This document shows, in pieces, positions 23,120 to 34,236 of a stretch of DNA of 64,000 nucleotides. Position 1 is the first letter of the stretch; the number at the start of each line of letters is the position of its first letter. The notes below the pieces were generated by a model that did no database searches, was not told where the DNA came from, and saw only the letters and a program-made list of their open reading frames with translations. Position numbers and translations under genes: made by a program. The DNA comes from an uncultured cyanobacterium (lineage in GTDB: Bacteria > Cyanobacteriota > Cyanobacteriia > PCC-6307 > Cyanobiaceae): contig CAVXWZ010000011.1 in the NCBI GenBank assembly GCA_963765575.1, forward strand, positions 480,001 through 544,000, read 5' to 3'.

Positions 23120-24406
23120 CGGCCGCTCCCGGCCGCCTGCGCCTGCGCCTGCCCCGGGCCCTGCTCGACCCTCGCCTGGGCGGCTGGCCGGTGAATCGGG
23201 ACGATGGCCTGGTGGCCGTTGAGCTGGAGCAGCGCCAGGGCCTGATCACGGCCCTGCGGCCCTTGGCTGCCTGCCCCTGGGGAGGCGCTGCCCCTGGGGC
23301 TCACGCCCCTGGTGGAGCCCCATGCCCACCTCGACAAGTGCTTCACCGCCGCCGCCTTCCCCAACCCCGGCGGCACCATCGCCGGCGCCATGGCCGCCAA
23401 CCGCCGCGAGAGCGAGCAGCGCAGCGGCGAGCAGGTGCTGGAGCGGGCCGAGCGGGCCCTGGAGCGGGCGTGGCGCCATGGCCTGCGCGCCATCCGCAGC
23501 CACATCGACAGCGGCGGGCCGGCCACCCGCCCCAGCTGGGAGGCGTTGCTGGAGCTGCGCCGGCGCTGGGCCCAGCGGGTGGAGCTGCAACTGGTGGCCC
23601 TGGTGCCCCTGGCCCACTGGAGCAGTCCGGAGGGCGAGGACCTGGCCCGCTGGGTGGCTGATCGCGGCGGCTGGCTGGGGGGGGTGCTGGGACCGCCCTA
23701 CGGCCGCCTGCGCTCCGATCGGGATGCCCTGGGGGGCCTGCTGGCGCTGGCGGAGCGCCTCGGCACCGGGGTCGACCTGCATGTCGATGAGGCCGATGAC
23801 CAGCCCGGCCGCGGCGTGGCGCTGGTGGCCGCTGTGGCCGCCGAACGGCGCAGCGGCGTGCCGATCACCTGCAGCCATGCCGCCAGCCTGGCCCTGCTGG
23901 GCACGCGGCGGCTGGAGCGGCTGGCCGAACGGCTGGCGGAAGCCGGGATCGCGGTGGTGGCTCTGCCGCTCACCAACCTGTGGCTGCTGGGCCGGCGGCC
24001 GCAGCGCACGCCGCGGCTGCGGGTGCAGGCGCCGATCCGCAGCCTGCAGCGGGCCGGGGTGCTGGTGGCCGTGGGGGGCGACAACGTGCAGGATCCCTGG
24101 TATCCGGGCGGCGACTTCGACCCGATCGAGCTGCTGCGGCTGGTGCCGCTCACCAGCCACCTCTGGCCCGCCCAGCGCCAGGGGCTGGCTCCGTTCACCA
24201 CGGCCCCAGCGCGCCTGCTCGGACTGGCCTGGGACGGGCTGGTGCGCGAGGGCGGGCCCGCCGACCTGGTGCTGCTGGCCGCCGACGGCTGGCCAGACCT
24301 GCTGGCCCGCAGTCCCCGACGCCTGGTGCTGCGCGCTGGCCGCTGCCTGCCGCCGCCTGCCCTGCAGCAACCCTCGGCCCTGCTGCCAGCCGTCAGCATG
24401 GCCTGA
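23116..24406 (+). CDS. Cytosine deaminase-like amidohydrolase, frameshifted near 23280 (probable sequence error)
   Basis: EPHAHLDK, DLHVDE, ITCSH and GGDNVQDPWYP. The N-terminus from ATG 23116 (ATGA overlap) is in another frame. Confidence 0.85.
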
Positions 24407-24420
24407 GCCGTCCCCGCCCC

Positions 24421-25818
24421 GTGCCGCCCCGTTCCCGCGCCCAGCCGCCCCGTCCCAGCGATGCCGAGATCGATACCCTGGCGGGCGAGCTGGGCGGGCT
24501 CGATCCGCAGCTGGAGCTGGTGACGGCCGCCGAGGCGGGCGAGCTGCAGCGCCTCTCGCGCGATTTCTACGACTACTCGCCGGTGCTGGTACCCCAGCTC
24601 GCTGGCCAACGGGCCCAGCTGGCGGTGCGGGCCACGACCGTGGAGCAGGTGCGTCTGGTGGCCGGGGCCTGTGCCCGCCAGGCCATTCCCCTCACCGTGC
24701 GTGGGGCCGGCACGGGCAACTACGGCCAGTGCGTCCCCCTGGCCGGTGGCGTGGTGCTGGAGCTCAGCGGCCTGCGGCGGCTGCGCCACCTGGATCCGGC
24801 CAGCGCCGTGGTCGAGGTGGAGGCCGGGGCCGTGATGGCCGCCATCGACCAGCAGCTCGCCCCCCACGGCCGGGCCCTGCGGCTGCTGCCGAGCACCTGG
24901 CGCAGCGCCACCATCGGCGGCTTCATCGCCGGTGGTGCCGGTGGCATCGGCTCCCTGCGCTGGGGATTCCTGCGTGATCCCGGCAACCTGCTGGGGCTGG
25001 AGGTGGTGACGGTGGAGCCCGAGCCGCGGCTGCTGCGGCTGGATGCGGCCGCCAGCGCCCCGCTCAACCACGCCTATGGCACCAATGGCATCCTCACGGC
25101 CCTGCGGTTGCCCACCACCGCAGCGCTGGACTGGCAGCAGCTGGTGGTGGGTTTTGCCAGCTGGGATCGGGCCCTGGAGGTGGCCCTCGCCCTGCCGGCC
25201 ACGGCGTTCCTGCTCAACAGCCTCAGCCTGCTGGAGGCTCCGGTCGCAGCGCGCTCCCCCTGGCCAGCCGGCTGTCCGGCGGCGGCGGATGGCGAGCACC
25301 GCCTGCTGTTGCTGGCGGCCCCCGATACCCTCGAGCCCCTGCCCGCCTGGCTGGCCCAGCGGGGCGGCACGCTGCTGTGGCAGGCCCCCCAGGGCACCAG
25401 CCGCGGCCTGCCCCTGCGCGAGCTGTGCTGGAACCACACCACCCTGCACTGGCGCGCCCAGGTGCCCGGTTGGACCTACCTGCAACTGCTGCTGCCGGAA
25501 CCGGCGGCGCCCTGCCTGGCGGCCCTGCGCCAGCGCTGGGGGGCCGACCTGCTCTGGCACCTGGAGGCGGTGCGCCAGCACGGGGCGCCGCGGCTGGCGG
25601 CCCTGCCGCTGCTGCGCTGGCAGGGGGAGGAGCGGTTGCGGGAGCTGATGGACCAGGCCCGGGCCCTGGGGGCGGTGCTGTTCAACCCCCATGTGCTCAC
25701 GGTGGAGGATGGCGGGCTGGGGGTGGTGGACGCCGATCAGGTGGCCGCGAAGGCCGCCCACGATCCTGCCGGCCTGCTCAACCCGGGCAAGTTGCGCGGC
25801 TGGGGGCCAGGCTCCTAG
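24421..25818 (+). CDS. FAD-binding oxidoreductase (GlcD/VAO-type)
   Basis: SRDFYDYSP, RGAGTGNYGQCVP, ATIGGFIAGG and DPAGLLNPGK. Start uncertain. Confidence 0.88.
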   Translation: MPPRSRAQPPRPSDAEIDTLAGELGGLDPQLELVTAAEAGELQRLSRDFYDYSPVLVPQLAGQRAQLAVRATTVEQVRLVAGACARQAIPLTVRGAGTGNYGQCVPLAGGVVLELSGLRRLRHLDPASAVVEVEAGAVMAAIDQQLAPHGRALRLLPSTWRSATIGGFIAGGAGGIGSLRWGFLRDPGNLLGLEVVTVEPEPRLLRLDAAASAPLNHAYGTNGILTALRLPTTAALDWQQLVVGFASWDRALEVALALPATAFLLNSLSLLEAPVAARSPWPAGCPAAADGEHRLLLLAAPDTLEPLPAWLAQRGGTLLWQAPQGTSRGLPLRELCWNHTTLHWRAQVPGWTYLQLLLPEPAAPCLAALRQRWGADLLWHLEAVRQHGAPRLAALPLLRWQGEERLRELMDQARALGAVLFNPHVLTVEDGGLGVVDADQVAAKAAHDPAGLLNPGKLRGWGPGS

Positions 25819-26378
25819 CAGTCCAGGCTCAGCCGGGTGTCGGCGCCGGTGCGGGGGTTGGTGCCCTCGGCCTCGCGGCAGAGCTGCCGCTGGTCGGCGC
25901 GGTCGATCAGGGCCTCGCTGAAGTCGGCGTTGGTCACCGTGGCGCCGGTGAAGTTGCTGCCTGCGGCGATCACACCGCTGAGCACGGCATCGGTGAAGTC
26001 GGCGCCGGCGAAGTCCACCTTGTCCATGAGCACTCCGCTGAGGTCGGTGCCGCGGAAGCTGGCCTGGGGGAAGGCGGCCTGGGTGAGGATCGCCCCGTGC
26101 AGGTTGGCGCCGTCGAAGTTGGCGTGGCGGCCGGCGGCGCCGGCGAAGGAGGTGTTGGCCAGATCCTGGCCGTGGAAATCGGCCTCGTTCTGGTTGGTGA
26201 GGGTGTAGTCCACGCCGGAGAACTCGGCCCGCGCCACCGCCGGCAGCAGCGCCAGCGTCAGTGCCAGGGCCGCCGGCAGCAGCAGGGCCAGGCCCAGGGC
26301 CGCGGCGATCCGCCGGATGCCCGTGGCCAGGGGGCCGCGGGCGGGGCGGCTGGCTTGGAGCGGGGGGGGAGTCGCCAC
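25815..26378 (-). CDS. Pentapeptide repeat protein with signal peptide
   Basis: Signal-like segment followed by ANFDG-ANLHG-AILTQ...ADFTD...ADFSE repeats. Confidence 0.88.
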   Translation of the reverse strand: MATPPPLQASRPARGPLATGIRRIAAALGLALLLPAALALTLALLPAVARAEFSGVDYTLTNQNEADFHGQDLANTSFAGAAGRHANFDGANLHGAILTQAAFPQASFRGTDLSGVLMDKVDFAGADFTDAVLSGVIAAGSNFTGATVTNADFSEALIDRADQRQLCREAEGTNPRTGADTRLSLDC

Positions 26379-26437
26379 AGCAAAGACCGTCAATGTGCTG
26401 ACCTTCACTCTGGCCGCCGCCGCCTCAACCCGCCGCC

Positions 26438-27727
26438 TCAACCCGCCGCAGCGAGCAGCTGGCCGATGAGATAGAGCGAGCCGGCCACGATCACCGGGCC
26501 CCGGGCCCCGGACCCGCATTGGCCATGCTCGGCGGCCTGGCGGATGGCGGCGGCCGGATCCGCAGCCGCGACCAGTTGCTCGACCAGGTGCGGGTGCCGC
26601 TCGGCGGCCAGGGCCTCCTGGAGCTGGCGCACGGTCCAGCTGGCGTGACCCGCCACCGGCACGATCCAGGCCCGATCTCCCGGTGCCAGCAGGGCCGCCA
26701 CGATCTGGGGGGCCTGCTTGGTCGCGAGCAGGCCCAGCACCCACCGCCGCGGCCCCGCCGGCAGGCCGTAGCGGGCCGGATCGGCATCCAGTTCGGCCCG
26801 CAGGGCCACGGCTGCGGGTGGGTTGTGGGCCCCGTCGAGCAGCAGTGCCACCCCTTGCCAGCGGTGCTGCTGCAACCTGCCCGGCCAGCGGGCGGCGGCG
26901 AACCCGCGCCGGATGGCCCCATCGCTGATCGACCAGCCGCGCTCGCCCAGGGCCCGCAGCATGCCCAGGGCCACGGCGGCGTTGCCGGCCTGCACCGCTC
27001 CGGGGAGTCCCAGGGGCCAATGGCCCAGGTCCAGCGGCGGCTGCCAGCGCAGCTCGGCCCCCACGGCCAGCGCCCGCCGGCGCAGCACCGCCGCGGCCGC
27101 CGGCAGCTGGGTGGCGCTCACGGCCACGGCGCCCGGCTGCAGCACCCCCGCCTTCTCGGCCGCGATGCTGGCCACGTCCGGCCCCAGAAACTCCTGATGG
27201 TCAAGACCGATGCTGGCGAACCCCAGCACCTCCCGGCCCGGGTGGCAGCTGGTGGCATCGAGGCGGCCCCCCAGCCCCACCTCCAGCACCACCAGCTCCT
27301 GGCCGCTGGCGGCGAAGGCCAGGAACGCCGCCGCCGTGACCAGCTCGAAGGGGGTGAGCCGGTGGCGCTGGCCCACCGTGCTGGCCCGCTGCAGGTGGCG
27401 CCGCAGGTCGGCGGCGGCGATCGGGTCAGGCCCCAGGCGGATGCGCTCGGTCCAGCTCACCAGGTGGGGGGAGGTGTAGAGCCCGGCACGGATGCCGGCC
27501 GCCAGCAGGGCCTGGTGCACGAGGGTGCAGATCGAACCTTTGCCGTTGGTGCCCGCCACCTGCACCGCCGCGAAGCGGCGCTCGGGATGGCCCAGATCGG
27601 CCAGGGCGGCGTGCAACCGATCCAGGCCCAGATCCACCCCCCGGCGGCTGAAGGGCTCGATCAGGTCGGCAAAGGAATCGCTGGGGCCGTTAAGGCCCAG
27701 GGCAACCGGCTCGGGGCGCTCAGGCAA
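26438..27727 (-). CDS. folC: Folylpolyglutamate/dihydrofolate synthase
   Basis: VAGTNGKGS, YTSPHL, LEVGLGGRLDA, WPGRL and LDGAHNP. Confidence 0.95.
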   Translation of the reverse strand: MPERPEPVALGLNGPSDSFADLIEPFSRRGVDLGLDRLHAALADLGHPERRFAAVQVAGTNGKGSICTLVHQALLAAGIRAGLYTSPHLVSWTERIRLGPDPIAAADLRRHLQRASTVGQRHRLTPFELVTAAAFLAFAASGQELVVLEVGLGGRLDATSCHPGREVLGFASIGLDHQEFLGPDVASIAAEKAGVLQPGAVAVSATQLPAAAAVLRRRALAVGAELRWQPPLDLGHWPLGLPGAVQAGNAAVALGMLRALGERGWSISDGAIRRGFAAARWPGRLQQHRWQGVALLLDGAHNPPAAVALRAELDADPARYGLPAGPRRWVLGLLATKQAPQIVAALLAPGDRAWIVPVAGHASWTVRQLQEALAAERHPHLVEQLVAAADPAAAIRQAAEHGQCGSGARGPVIVAGSLYLIGQLLAAAG

Positions 27728-28970
27728 GGCTCAGCAGGGCGCGCTCCAGTCGCTTCACGGCCAGGCGCAGCTGGCGGCCCTTGATCGTGAGCGGTGGGGC
27801 GAAGCGCACCACGGTGGCCCCGGCGGGCACCAGCAGCAGCCCCTCGGCCAGGGCGGCCTTCACCACCTCCGGCGCACTCGGGGCCCCCGGCTGCAGCACC
27901 AATCCCTGCAGCAGCCCCCACCCGCGCTGGCCGGCCAGCAGAGCGGGGTGACGGGCCACCAGGTCCTCCAGCAGCTGCTGCAGCTGCTCGCCCTTGCGCC
28001 GCACGTGGCCGAGCAGGCCGCGCCGCTCAATTTCCGTGAGCACCGTGAGCCCGGCCCGGCAGGCGAAGGGGTTGCCCCCGAAGGTGCTGGCGTGGTCGCC
28101 GGGTCGGAAGTGATCCACCGCCTGCTTCACCGCCAGGGCCCCGATGGGAATGCCGCCCCCCAGCCCCTTGGCCAGGGTGAAGGCGTCGGGCTCCACCCCC
28201 AGTCGTTCGTAGCCCCAGAGGCGGCCGCTGCGGCCCACACCGATCTGCACCTCATCGAAGATCAGCAGGATGTGGTGCTGGTCACAGAGCTGGCGCAAGC
28301 GCTGGAAGAAGGCCGGATCGCCGGGGTTCACGCCCCCCTCCCCCTGCAGGGGCTCCACCAGCACCGCCGCCACCGCCGGACCACCGGCTTCACAGTCGGC
28401 CAGCAGGGCCTCGAACGCGGCGATGTCGTTGTAGGGGAAGTAGCGGAACCCCTGCACCAGCGGCTCGAAGCCCTGGTGGTAGCGGGGCTGGCCGGTGGCC
28501 GTGACGGCCGCCAGGGTGCGGCCGTGGAAGCTGGCCTGGGCGGTGAGAATCAGGGGCAGGCGCCCCTCGCGGCCGTCGATGCCGCGCACCTGGCGCCCAT
28601 GCTTGCGGGCCAGCTTGATGGCGGCCTCGTTGGCCTCGGCACCCGAGTTGCAGAAGAACACCCGGTCGAAGCAGCTGTGGCTGGTGATCGCCGCGGCCAG
28701 CTGCTCCTGCTCGGGAATGCGGTAGAGGTTGGAGACGTGTTGCAACTGCCCCAGCTGCCGGCAGAGCACCTTGCGCAGGCGCCGGTCACTGTGGCCAAGG
28801 GTGCACACAGCGATGCCGGCGACGCAGTCGAGGTAACGGCGGCCATCACTGGCCCACAACCACACCCCCCGGCCCCGCACCAGCTCCAGCGGGAAGCGGG
28901 CATAGGTGTCCATCACCGAACTCACAGGCGCGCTCCGCTGTGGGGCATCGCCAGCGGGGGCCACAGCCAT
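27720..28970 (-). CDS. argD: Acetylornithine aminotransferase
   Basis: NSGAEANEAAIKLAR, FHGRT, EPLQGEGG, DEVQ, AKGLGGG and STFGGNP. Start is 28970 or 28913. Confidence 0.92.
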   Translation of the reverse strand: MAVAPAGDAPQRSAPVSSVMDTYARFPLELVRGRGVWLWASDGRRYLDCVAGIAVCTLGHSDRRLRKVLCRQLGQLQHVSNLYRIPEQEQLAAAITSHSCFDRVFFCNSGAEANEAAIKLARKHGRQVRGIDGREGRLPLILTAQASFHGRTLAAVTATGQPRYHQGFEPLVQGFRYFPYNDIAAFEALLADCEAGGPAVAAVLVEPLQGEGGVNPGDPAFFQRLRQLCDQHHILLIFDEVQIGVGRSGRLWGYERLGVEPDAFTLAKGLGGGIPIGALAVKQAVDHFRPGDHASTFGGNPFACRAGLTVLTEIERRGLLGHVRRKGEQLQQLLEDLVARHPALLAGQRGWGLLQGLVLQPGAPSAPEVVKAALAEGLLLVPAGATVVRFAPPLTIKGRQLRLAVKRLERALLSLA

Positions 28971-28993
28971 GGCGGCAGCAGGGGAGTAAGGAA

Positions 28994-29075
28994 TAGGAGC
29001 GGTGGGACTTGAACCCACATGCCCGAAGGCGCTCGATTTTGAGTCGAGTCCGTCTACCAATTCCGGCACGCTCCC
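28994..29075 (-). tRNA. tRNA-Leu(CAA)
   Basis: Reverse complement GGGAGCGTGCCGGAATTGGTAGACGGACTCGACTCAAAATCGAG...GGTTCAAGTCC. Confidence 0.97.
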
Positions 29076-29087
29076 AGAATTGGAAGC

Positions 29088-30551
29088 TTAGGCGGCAAGG
29101 GGTGAGGGGCTGGATTCGCTACCCGTGGGTGCGCAGCGCGTGATCGAAGCTCCCACCGCATTCAGCTTGCCTTCCAGGTCGGCATAGCCACGGTCGAGGT
29201 ATTCGAGGCCGTAGACATCACTGATGCCCTCGGCCCCCAGGCCCGCCAGCACCATCGCCGCTGAAGCGCGCAGGTCGGTGCCCTGCACCGGAGCGCCACT
29301 GAGGCGGGCGACGCCTTCGATGAAGGCGGTGTTGCCCTGGGCGCGGATGGAGGCCCCCATGCGCTGCAGTTCAGCCACGTGTTGCAGCCGGTTCTCGAAG
29401 ATGGATTCCGTCACCATGCTGGTGCCCTCGGCGGTGGCCAGCAGGCTCATGAACGGGGCCTGCAGGTCGGTGGGAAAGCCGGGAAAGGGCTGGGTGCGCA
29501 GATCCACGCCCTGGATCTGCTGGGCCGAGAGGGTCAGACCCTCGCCGTCATGGTCAATGCGGCAGCCAACCTGCTCAAGTTTGCTGAGCACGGCGCAGAG
29601 ATGGCCGGGAATCACCGGCGCCACCCGCAGGCTGGAGCGGGTGATGGCGGCTGCCAGCAGGAAGGTGCCGGCTTCGATGCGGTCAGGAATCACGCCGTAG
29701 TCGGCGCCATGCAGGCGGTCGACGCCAGCGATGCGGATGGTGGAGGTGCCCGCGCCGCGGATCCTGGCACCCATGGCCATGAGCAGATCGGCCAGATCCA
29801 CCACCTCGGGCTCCAGGGCGGCGTTTTCGATCACCGTCTCGCCGTCGGCGAGGGCGGCAGCCATCATCAGGGTCTCGGTCGCCCCGACACTGGGGCAGTC
29901 GAGCAGGATGTAGGCCCCGCGCAGGCGGCGGCAGGGACCCGGCACAGCCGCCGTGACCACGCCGTGCGCAATGGTGACCTGGGCTCCAAGGGCTTTGAGA
30001 CCCTTGACGTGCTCCTCCACCGGCCGGCTGCCGATCTTGCAGCCGCCGGGCAGGGGCACCCGGGCCATCCCCATCCTGGCGAGCAGGGGGCCGATGCAGA
30101 AGAAGCTGGCCCTGAGGCTGTTCACCAGCTCATAGGGAGCTTCCGAGGCATTGATGCCGGAGCCGTCCAGTTCGAGAGCATCGCCATGGCGCTCCACCCG
30201 GCCGCCGAGGCTCTCGAGCATGTCGGCCATGCCGTCGATGTCGGTGAGGGCCGGCACGTTGCGCAGCCGGATCGATTCCGGGGTCAGCAGGCAGGCCGCC
30301 ATCAGCACCAGTGCTGAGTTCTTGGCGCCGCTCACCCGCAGCTCGCCGCTGAGTGGACGGCCGCCGATGATGCGCAGAAAGGAACGATCGCTATCCAGGT
30401 GATTCTCGCTGTTGGAGGACTCGGCGGGCGCAGGCGAAGCCTTCTGGGGCGCCGTGGCCGTCGAGCGTAGGCCGGAGTTGCCGGAGTGCATGGCAGCCGC
30501 GTCGTCGCCGCTGGCGGCAGGGCTGGTGCGGGGGACAGCGTTGAGGATCAC
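29088..30551 (-). CDS. murA: UDP-N-acetylglucosamine 1-carboxyvinyltransferase
   Basis: [33 protein letters not shown] and TDLRA. Start uncertain (30551 or 30491). Confidence 0.96.
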   Translation of the reverse strand: MILNAVPRTSPAASGDDAAAMHSGNSGLRSTATAPQKASPAPAESSNSENHLDSDRSFLRIIGGRPLSGELRVSGAKNSALVLMAACLLTPESIRLRNVPALTDIDGMADMLESLGGRVERHGDALELDGSGINASEAPYELVNSLRASFFCIGPLLARMGMARVPLPGGCKIGSRPVEEHVKGLKALGAQVTIAHGVVTAAVPGPCRRLRGAYILLDCPSVGATETLMMAAALADGETVIENAALEPEVVDLADLLMAMGARIRGAGTSTIRIAGVDRLHGADYGVIPDRIEAGTFLLAAAITRSSLRVAPVIPGHLCAVLSKLEQVGCRIDHDGEGLTLSAQQIQGVDLRTQPFPGFPTDLQAPFMSLLATAEGTSMVTESIFENRLQHVAELQRMGASIRAQGNTAFIEGVARLSGAPVQGTDLRASAAMVLAGLGAEGISDVYGLEYLDRGYADLEGKLNAVGASITRCAPTGSESSPSPLAA

Positions 30552-30735
30552 GGGTTGGGCTGCCCCTGGAAATGCTGCCGCATGATGCCAACAAACCCGT
30601 ATTCCGTCCAGTACGCCGCCATGCGAACTGGCCTTCCCGCGGCCTGGGGCCCCGCCCTTGCGTGCTGGAGATGGGCCAGGTGAGCGGCCCAGGTGATGTC
30701 GTAGCCTTCAGCCGTCGCCAGAGTGCGGCAGCCAC

Positions 30736-30819
30736 GCGGATGTGGCGGAATTGGTAGACGCGCTAGTTTCAGGTACTAGTGGCAGCAATGTCGTGGGAGT
30801 TCAAGTCTCCCCATCCGCA
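30736..30819 (+). tRNA. tRNA-Leu(CAG)
   Basis: GCGGATG/CATCCGC acceptor stem; CTAGT-TT-CAG-GT-ACTAG anticodon arm. Confidence 0.97.
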
Positions 30820-30956
30820 TGATTCCGGTTCCCCACCATGACCAGATCCTGGTGGTGGCCCGGGTTGTTGAATCCTTGCCCAGGCCATTGCCTTGACCGG
30901 GATTCTGGTGGAACCATGATTTTCTGGCCACGCCAAGCGCGGCGCTTGCTGTTCCG

Positions 30957-31775
30957 ATGACCTCTCCGTCGGAGCTGATCACCAGCCGCCGCAATCCCCT
31001 GGTTCGGCGGCTGCGTCAGTTGCAGGAGTCCCGGGGGCGGCGGGAGCAGGACTTGCTGCTGCTGGAAGGCACCCACCTGCTGCAGGAGGTGCTGCGCCTG
31101 GGCCTGGCACCCACCGATCTGCTGGTCACCCAGGCCTGGGCTGTGGCCCATGGCCCCCTGCTGGAGCGGCTTCCCCCCGGCTGCCGGCCCCAGCCGGTGA
31201 GCGCCGAGGTGCTGGCGGCCGTGGCCAGCACCCGCCATCCCGATGGCGTGGTGGCCACCCTGCCGCTGCCAGCCAATTCCCCAGCGGCGGCCCCCCCTGG
31301 CGGCGTCGCCGGGTTGGTCTTGGCGCTCGACACGATTCAGGATCCGGGCAATCTCGGCACGCTGATGCGCACAGCCCTGGCCGCCGGGGTCGATGGCCTG
31401 TGGTTGGCCGATGGGGCCGACCCGCACCAGCCCAAGGTGCTGCGCGCTTCGGCTGGTGCCGCCCTGGCCCTGCCCCTATGGCGCACCACCAGGTCGGCGC
31501 TGCTGGCTCACCTCAACGCTCTGGCGGCCGAGGGCCTGCAGCTGGTGGCCACCCAGCCGCCCCCCAGCGCCGCCCAGCCCTACTGGCGCCTGGATTGGAG
31601 CCGACCCACCGTGCTGCTGCTGGGCAGCGAGGGCGCGGGCCTGGCGCCGGAGCTGCTGGCGCTGGCCAGCGAGCGGGTGACCATTCCCCACCACCCCGCT
31701 GTGGAGTCGCTGAATGTGGCGGTGGCGGCGGCGCCGCTGCTGCTGGAGCGCTGGCGTCAGCAGGCCGGCCGTTGA
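30957..31775 (+). CDS. TrmH/SpoU family RNA methyltransferase
   Basis: ITSRRNP, IQDPGNLGTLMRTA, GSEGAG and ESLNVAVA. Confidence 0.93.
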   Translation: MTSPSELITSRRNPLVRRLRQLQESRGRREQDLLLLEGTHLLQEVLRLGLAPTDLLVTQAWAVAHGPLLERLPPGCRPQPVSAEVLAAVASTRHPDGVVATLPLPANSPAAAPPGGVAGLVLALDTIQDPGNLGTLMRTALAAGVDGLWLADGADPHQPKVLRASAGAALALPLWRTTRSALLAHLNALAAEGLQLVATQPPPSAAQPYWRLDWSRPTVLLLGSEGAGLAPELLALASERVTIPHHPAVESLNVAVAAAPLLLERWRQQAGR

Positions 31776-31824
31776 GCCTGAGCAGGACACGGGGGAGAAT
31801 GGTCGCCAGCAGACCCTGGTCCCT

Positions 31825-33280
31825 GTGAGCGACGCCCCTGGCAACGACAGCTTCGATTTCGATGTGATCGTGGTCGGCGCCGGCTACGGCGGCTTCGACG
31901 CCGCCAAGCATGCGGCTGACCACGGCCTGCGGGTCGCCATCGTTGAATCGCGGGACATGGGCGGCACCTGCGTGAACCGGGGCTGTGTGCCTTCCAAGGC
32001 GCTGCTGGCCGCCAGCGGCCGGGTGCGCGAACTGGCCGATGCCGAGCATCTGGCCGGCTTCGGCATCCATGCGGCGCCGGTGCGCTTCGAGCGCCAGAAG
32101 ATCGCCGACCACGCCAACCAGTTGGTGGCCACGATTCGCACCAACCTCACCAAGACCCTGGAGCGGGCCGGCGCCACGATCATCCGCGGCAAGGGCCGCC
32201 TGGCCGGCCACCAGCAGGTGACCGTGCGCGCGAGCGGCAGCGGCGTGGAGCGCACCTACCGCGCCGGTGATGTGATCCTGGCCACCGGCTCGGAGCCCTT
32301 CGTGCCCCGCGGCATTGAGACCGACGGCCGCACCGTGTTCACCAGCGACGAGGCGGTGAGCCTGGAGTGGCTGCCCCGCTGGCTGGCGATCGTGGGCAGC
32401 GGCTACATCGGCCTGGAGTTCGCCGATGTCTACACGGCCCTCGGTTGTGAGGTCACGATGATCGAGGCGCTCGATCGGGTGATGCCCACCTTCGATCCCG
32501 ACATCGCCAAGATCGCCGCCCGCAACCTGATCGACGGGCGCGACATCGACGCCCGCGCCGGGGTGCTGGCCCGCAAGGTCACCCCCGGCTGTCCGGTGAC
32601 GATCGAGCTGGCCGACATGGTCAGCAAGGAGCTGGTGGAGACCCTGGAGGTGGATGCGGTGCTGGTGGCCACCGGCCGGGTGCCCAGCAGCGCCGAGCTC
32701 AACCTGGCGGCGGTGGGGGTGGAGACCGAGCGGGGGTTCATCCCGGTGGATGACCACATGCGCGTGCTGGTGGGCGGTGAGCCGGTGCCGCACCTCTGGG
32801 CCGTGGGCGATGTGACCGGCAAGATGATGCTGGCCCACACCGCTGCCGCCCAGGGCAGCTGTGGCGATCGACAACATCCTCGGCCACGCCCGGACGATTG
32901 ATTACCGCTCGATTCCGGCAGCCACCTTCACCCATCCGGAGATCAGTTCGGTGGGGCTGAGTGAGGCTGACGCCAAGGACCTGGCCGCCCGCGAGGGCTT
33001 TGAGCTGGGCAGCGTGCGCAGCTATTTCAAGGCCAACTCCAAGGCCCTGGCGGAGCTGGAGAGCGACGGGCTGATGAAGCTGCTGTTCAACAAGGCCACG
33101 GGCGAGGTGCTGGGGGCCCACATCTACGGACTCCACGCCGCCGACCTGATCCAGGAGATCGCCAATGCCGTGGCCCGGCGCCAGAGCGTGAAGCAGCTGG
33201 CCAACGAGGTGCACACCCACCCCACCCTCAGCGAGGTGGTGGAGGTGGCCTACAAGCAGGCCGCCAGCGCCGTTGCCTAG
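31825..33280 (+). CDS. lpdA: Dihydrolipoyl dehydrogenase, frameshifted near 32858 (probable sequence error)
   Basis: [19 protein letters not shown] and MLAHTA; the C-terminal half with HPTLSE is in another frame. Confidence 0.94.
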
Positions 33281-33351
33281 CGGAGGCCTGCCGCTGCGGC
33301 CAACCCAGCTGGCGCAAGCCCTTAGCATCAATCCCCCGCCGCACTGCACCG

Positions 33352-34236
33352 TTGGAGATCCGCCGCAGGCCCCCCAATCCCTCGGTGAAGGTGGCCCACC
33401 TGGAATACGGGATTCCCCACACCGAGGCGGAGCCCCGCCACATCCTCGAGAAGATCGTCTGGCAGAAGGAGCGGGAGCTGGCCAGCGCCCGGGAGCGCGT
33501 GAGCCTCGAGAAGCTGCGGGGCCAGGTGGCCGACCTGCCGCCCACCCGGGACTTCATCGCCGCCCTGCGGGCCAGCTGCCGCAAGCCCGCGGTGATCGCC
33601 GAGATCAAGAAGGCCAGCCCCAGCAAGGGGGTGATCCGCGCCGACTTCGACCCGGAGGCCATCGCCCGGGGCTATGCCGCCGGCGGTGCCAGCTGCCTCT
33701 CGGTTCTCACCGACAAGAGCTTCTTCCAGGGCGGCTTTGAGGTGCTGGTGCAGGTGCGTCAGGTGGTGGAGCTGCCCCTGCTCTGCAAGGACTTCATCCT
33801 CTCCCCGTATCAGCTCTTCCAGGCCCGGGCCGCCGGAGCCGACGCGGCCCTGTTGATCGCCGCCATCCTCAGCGACACCGATCTTGCCTATCTGCTCAAG
33901 GCGGCCCGGAGGCTCGGGCTTGCCGCCCTGGTGGAGGTCCATGACGCCGCCGAGATGGAGCGGGTGCTGGCCCTCGAGGGCGTGCAGCTGATCGGCATCA
34001 ACAACCGCGATCTCACCACCTTTGAGACCGATCTGGCCACCACCGAGCGGCTCACGGCCCGGTATGGCGAAGTGCTGCGCTCCCGGGGTTGCCTGCTGGT
34101 GAGCGAATCGGGGCTGTTCAGCCGCGGCGACCTCGACCGCGCCCTCGGGGCCGGCGCCGACGCGGTGCTGGTGGGCGAGGCGCTGATGCGCCAAGCGGAT
34201 GTCACCGGCGCGCTGCAGACCCTGATCGAGGGCTGA
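33352..34236 (+). CDS. trpC: Indole-3-glycerol phosphate synthase
   Basis: [31 protein letters not shown] and VSESG. Confidence 0.96.
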   Translation: MEIRRRPPNPSVKVAHLEYGIPHTEAEPRHILEKIVWQKERELASARERVSLEKLRGQVADLPPTRDFIAALRASCRKPAVIAEIKKASPSKGVIRADFDPEAIARGYAAGGASCLSVLTDKSFFQGGFEVLVQVRQVVELPLLCKDFILSPYQLFQARAAGADAALLIAAILSDTDLAYLLKAARRLGLAALVEVHDAAEMERVLALEGVQLIGINNRDLTTFETDLATTERLTARYGEVLRSRGCLLVSESGLFSRGDLDRALGAGADAVLVGEALMRQADVTGALQTLIEG

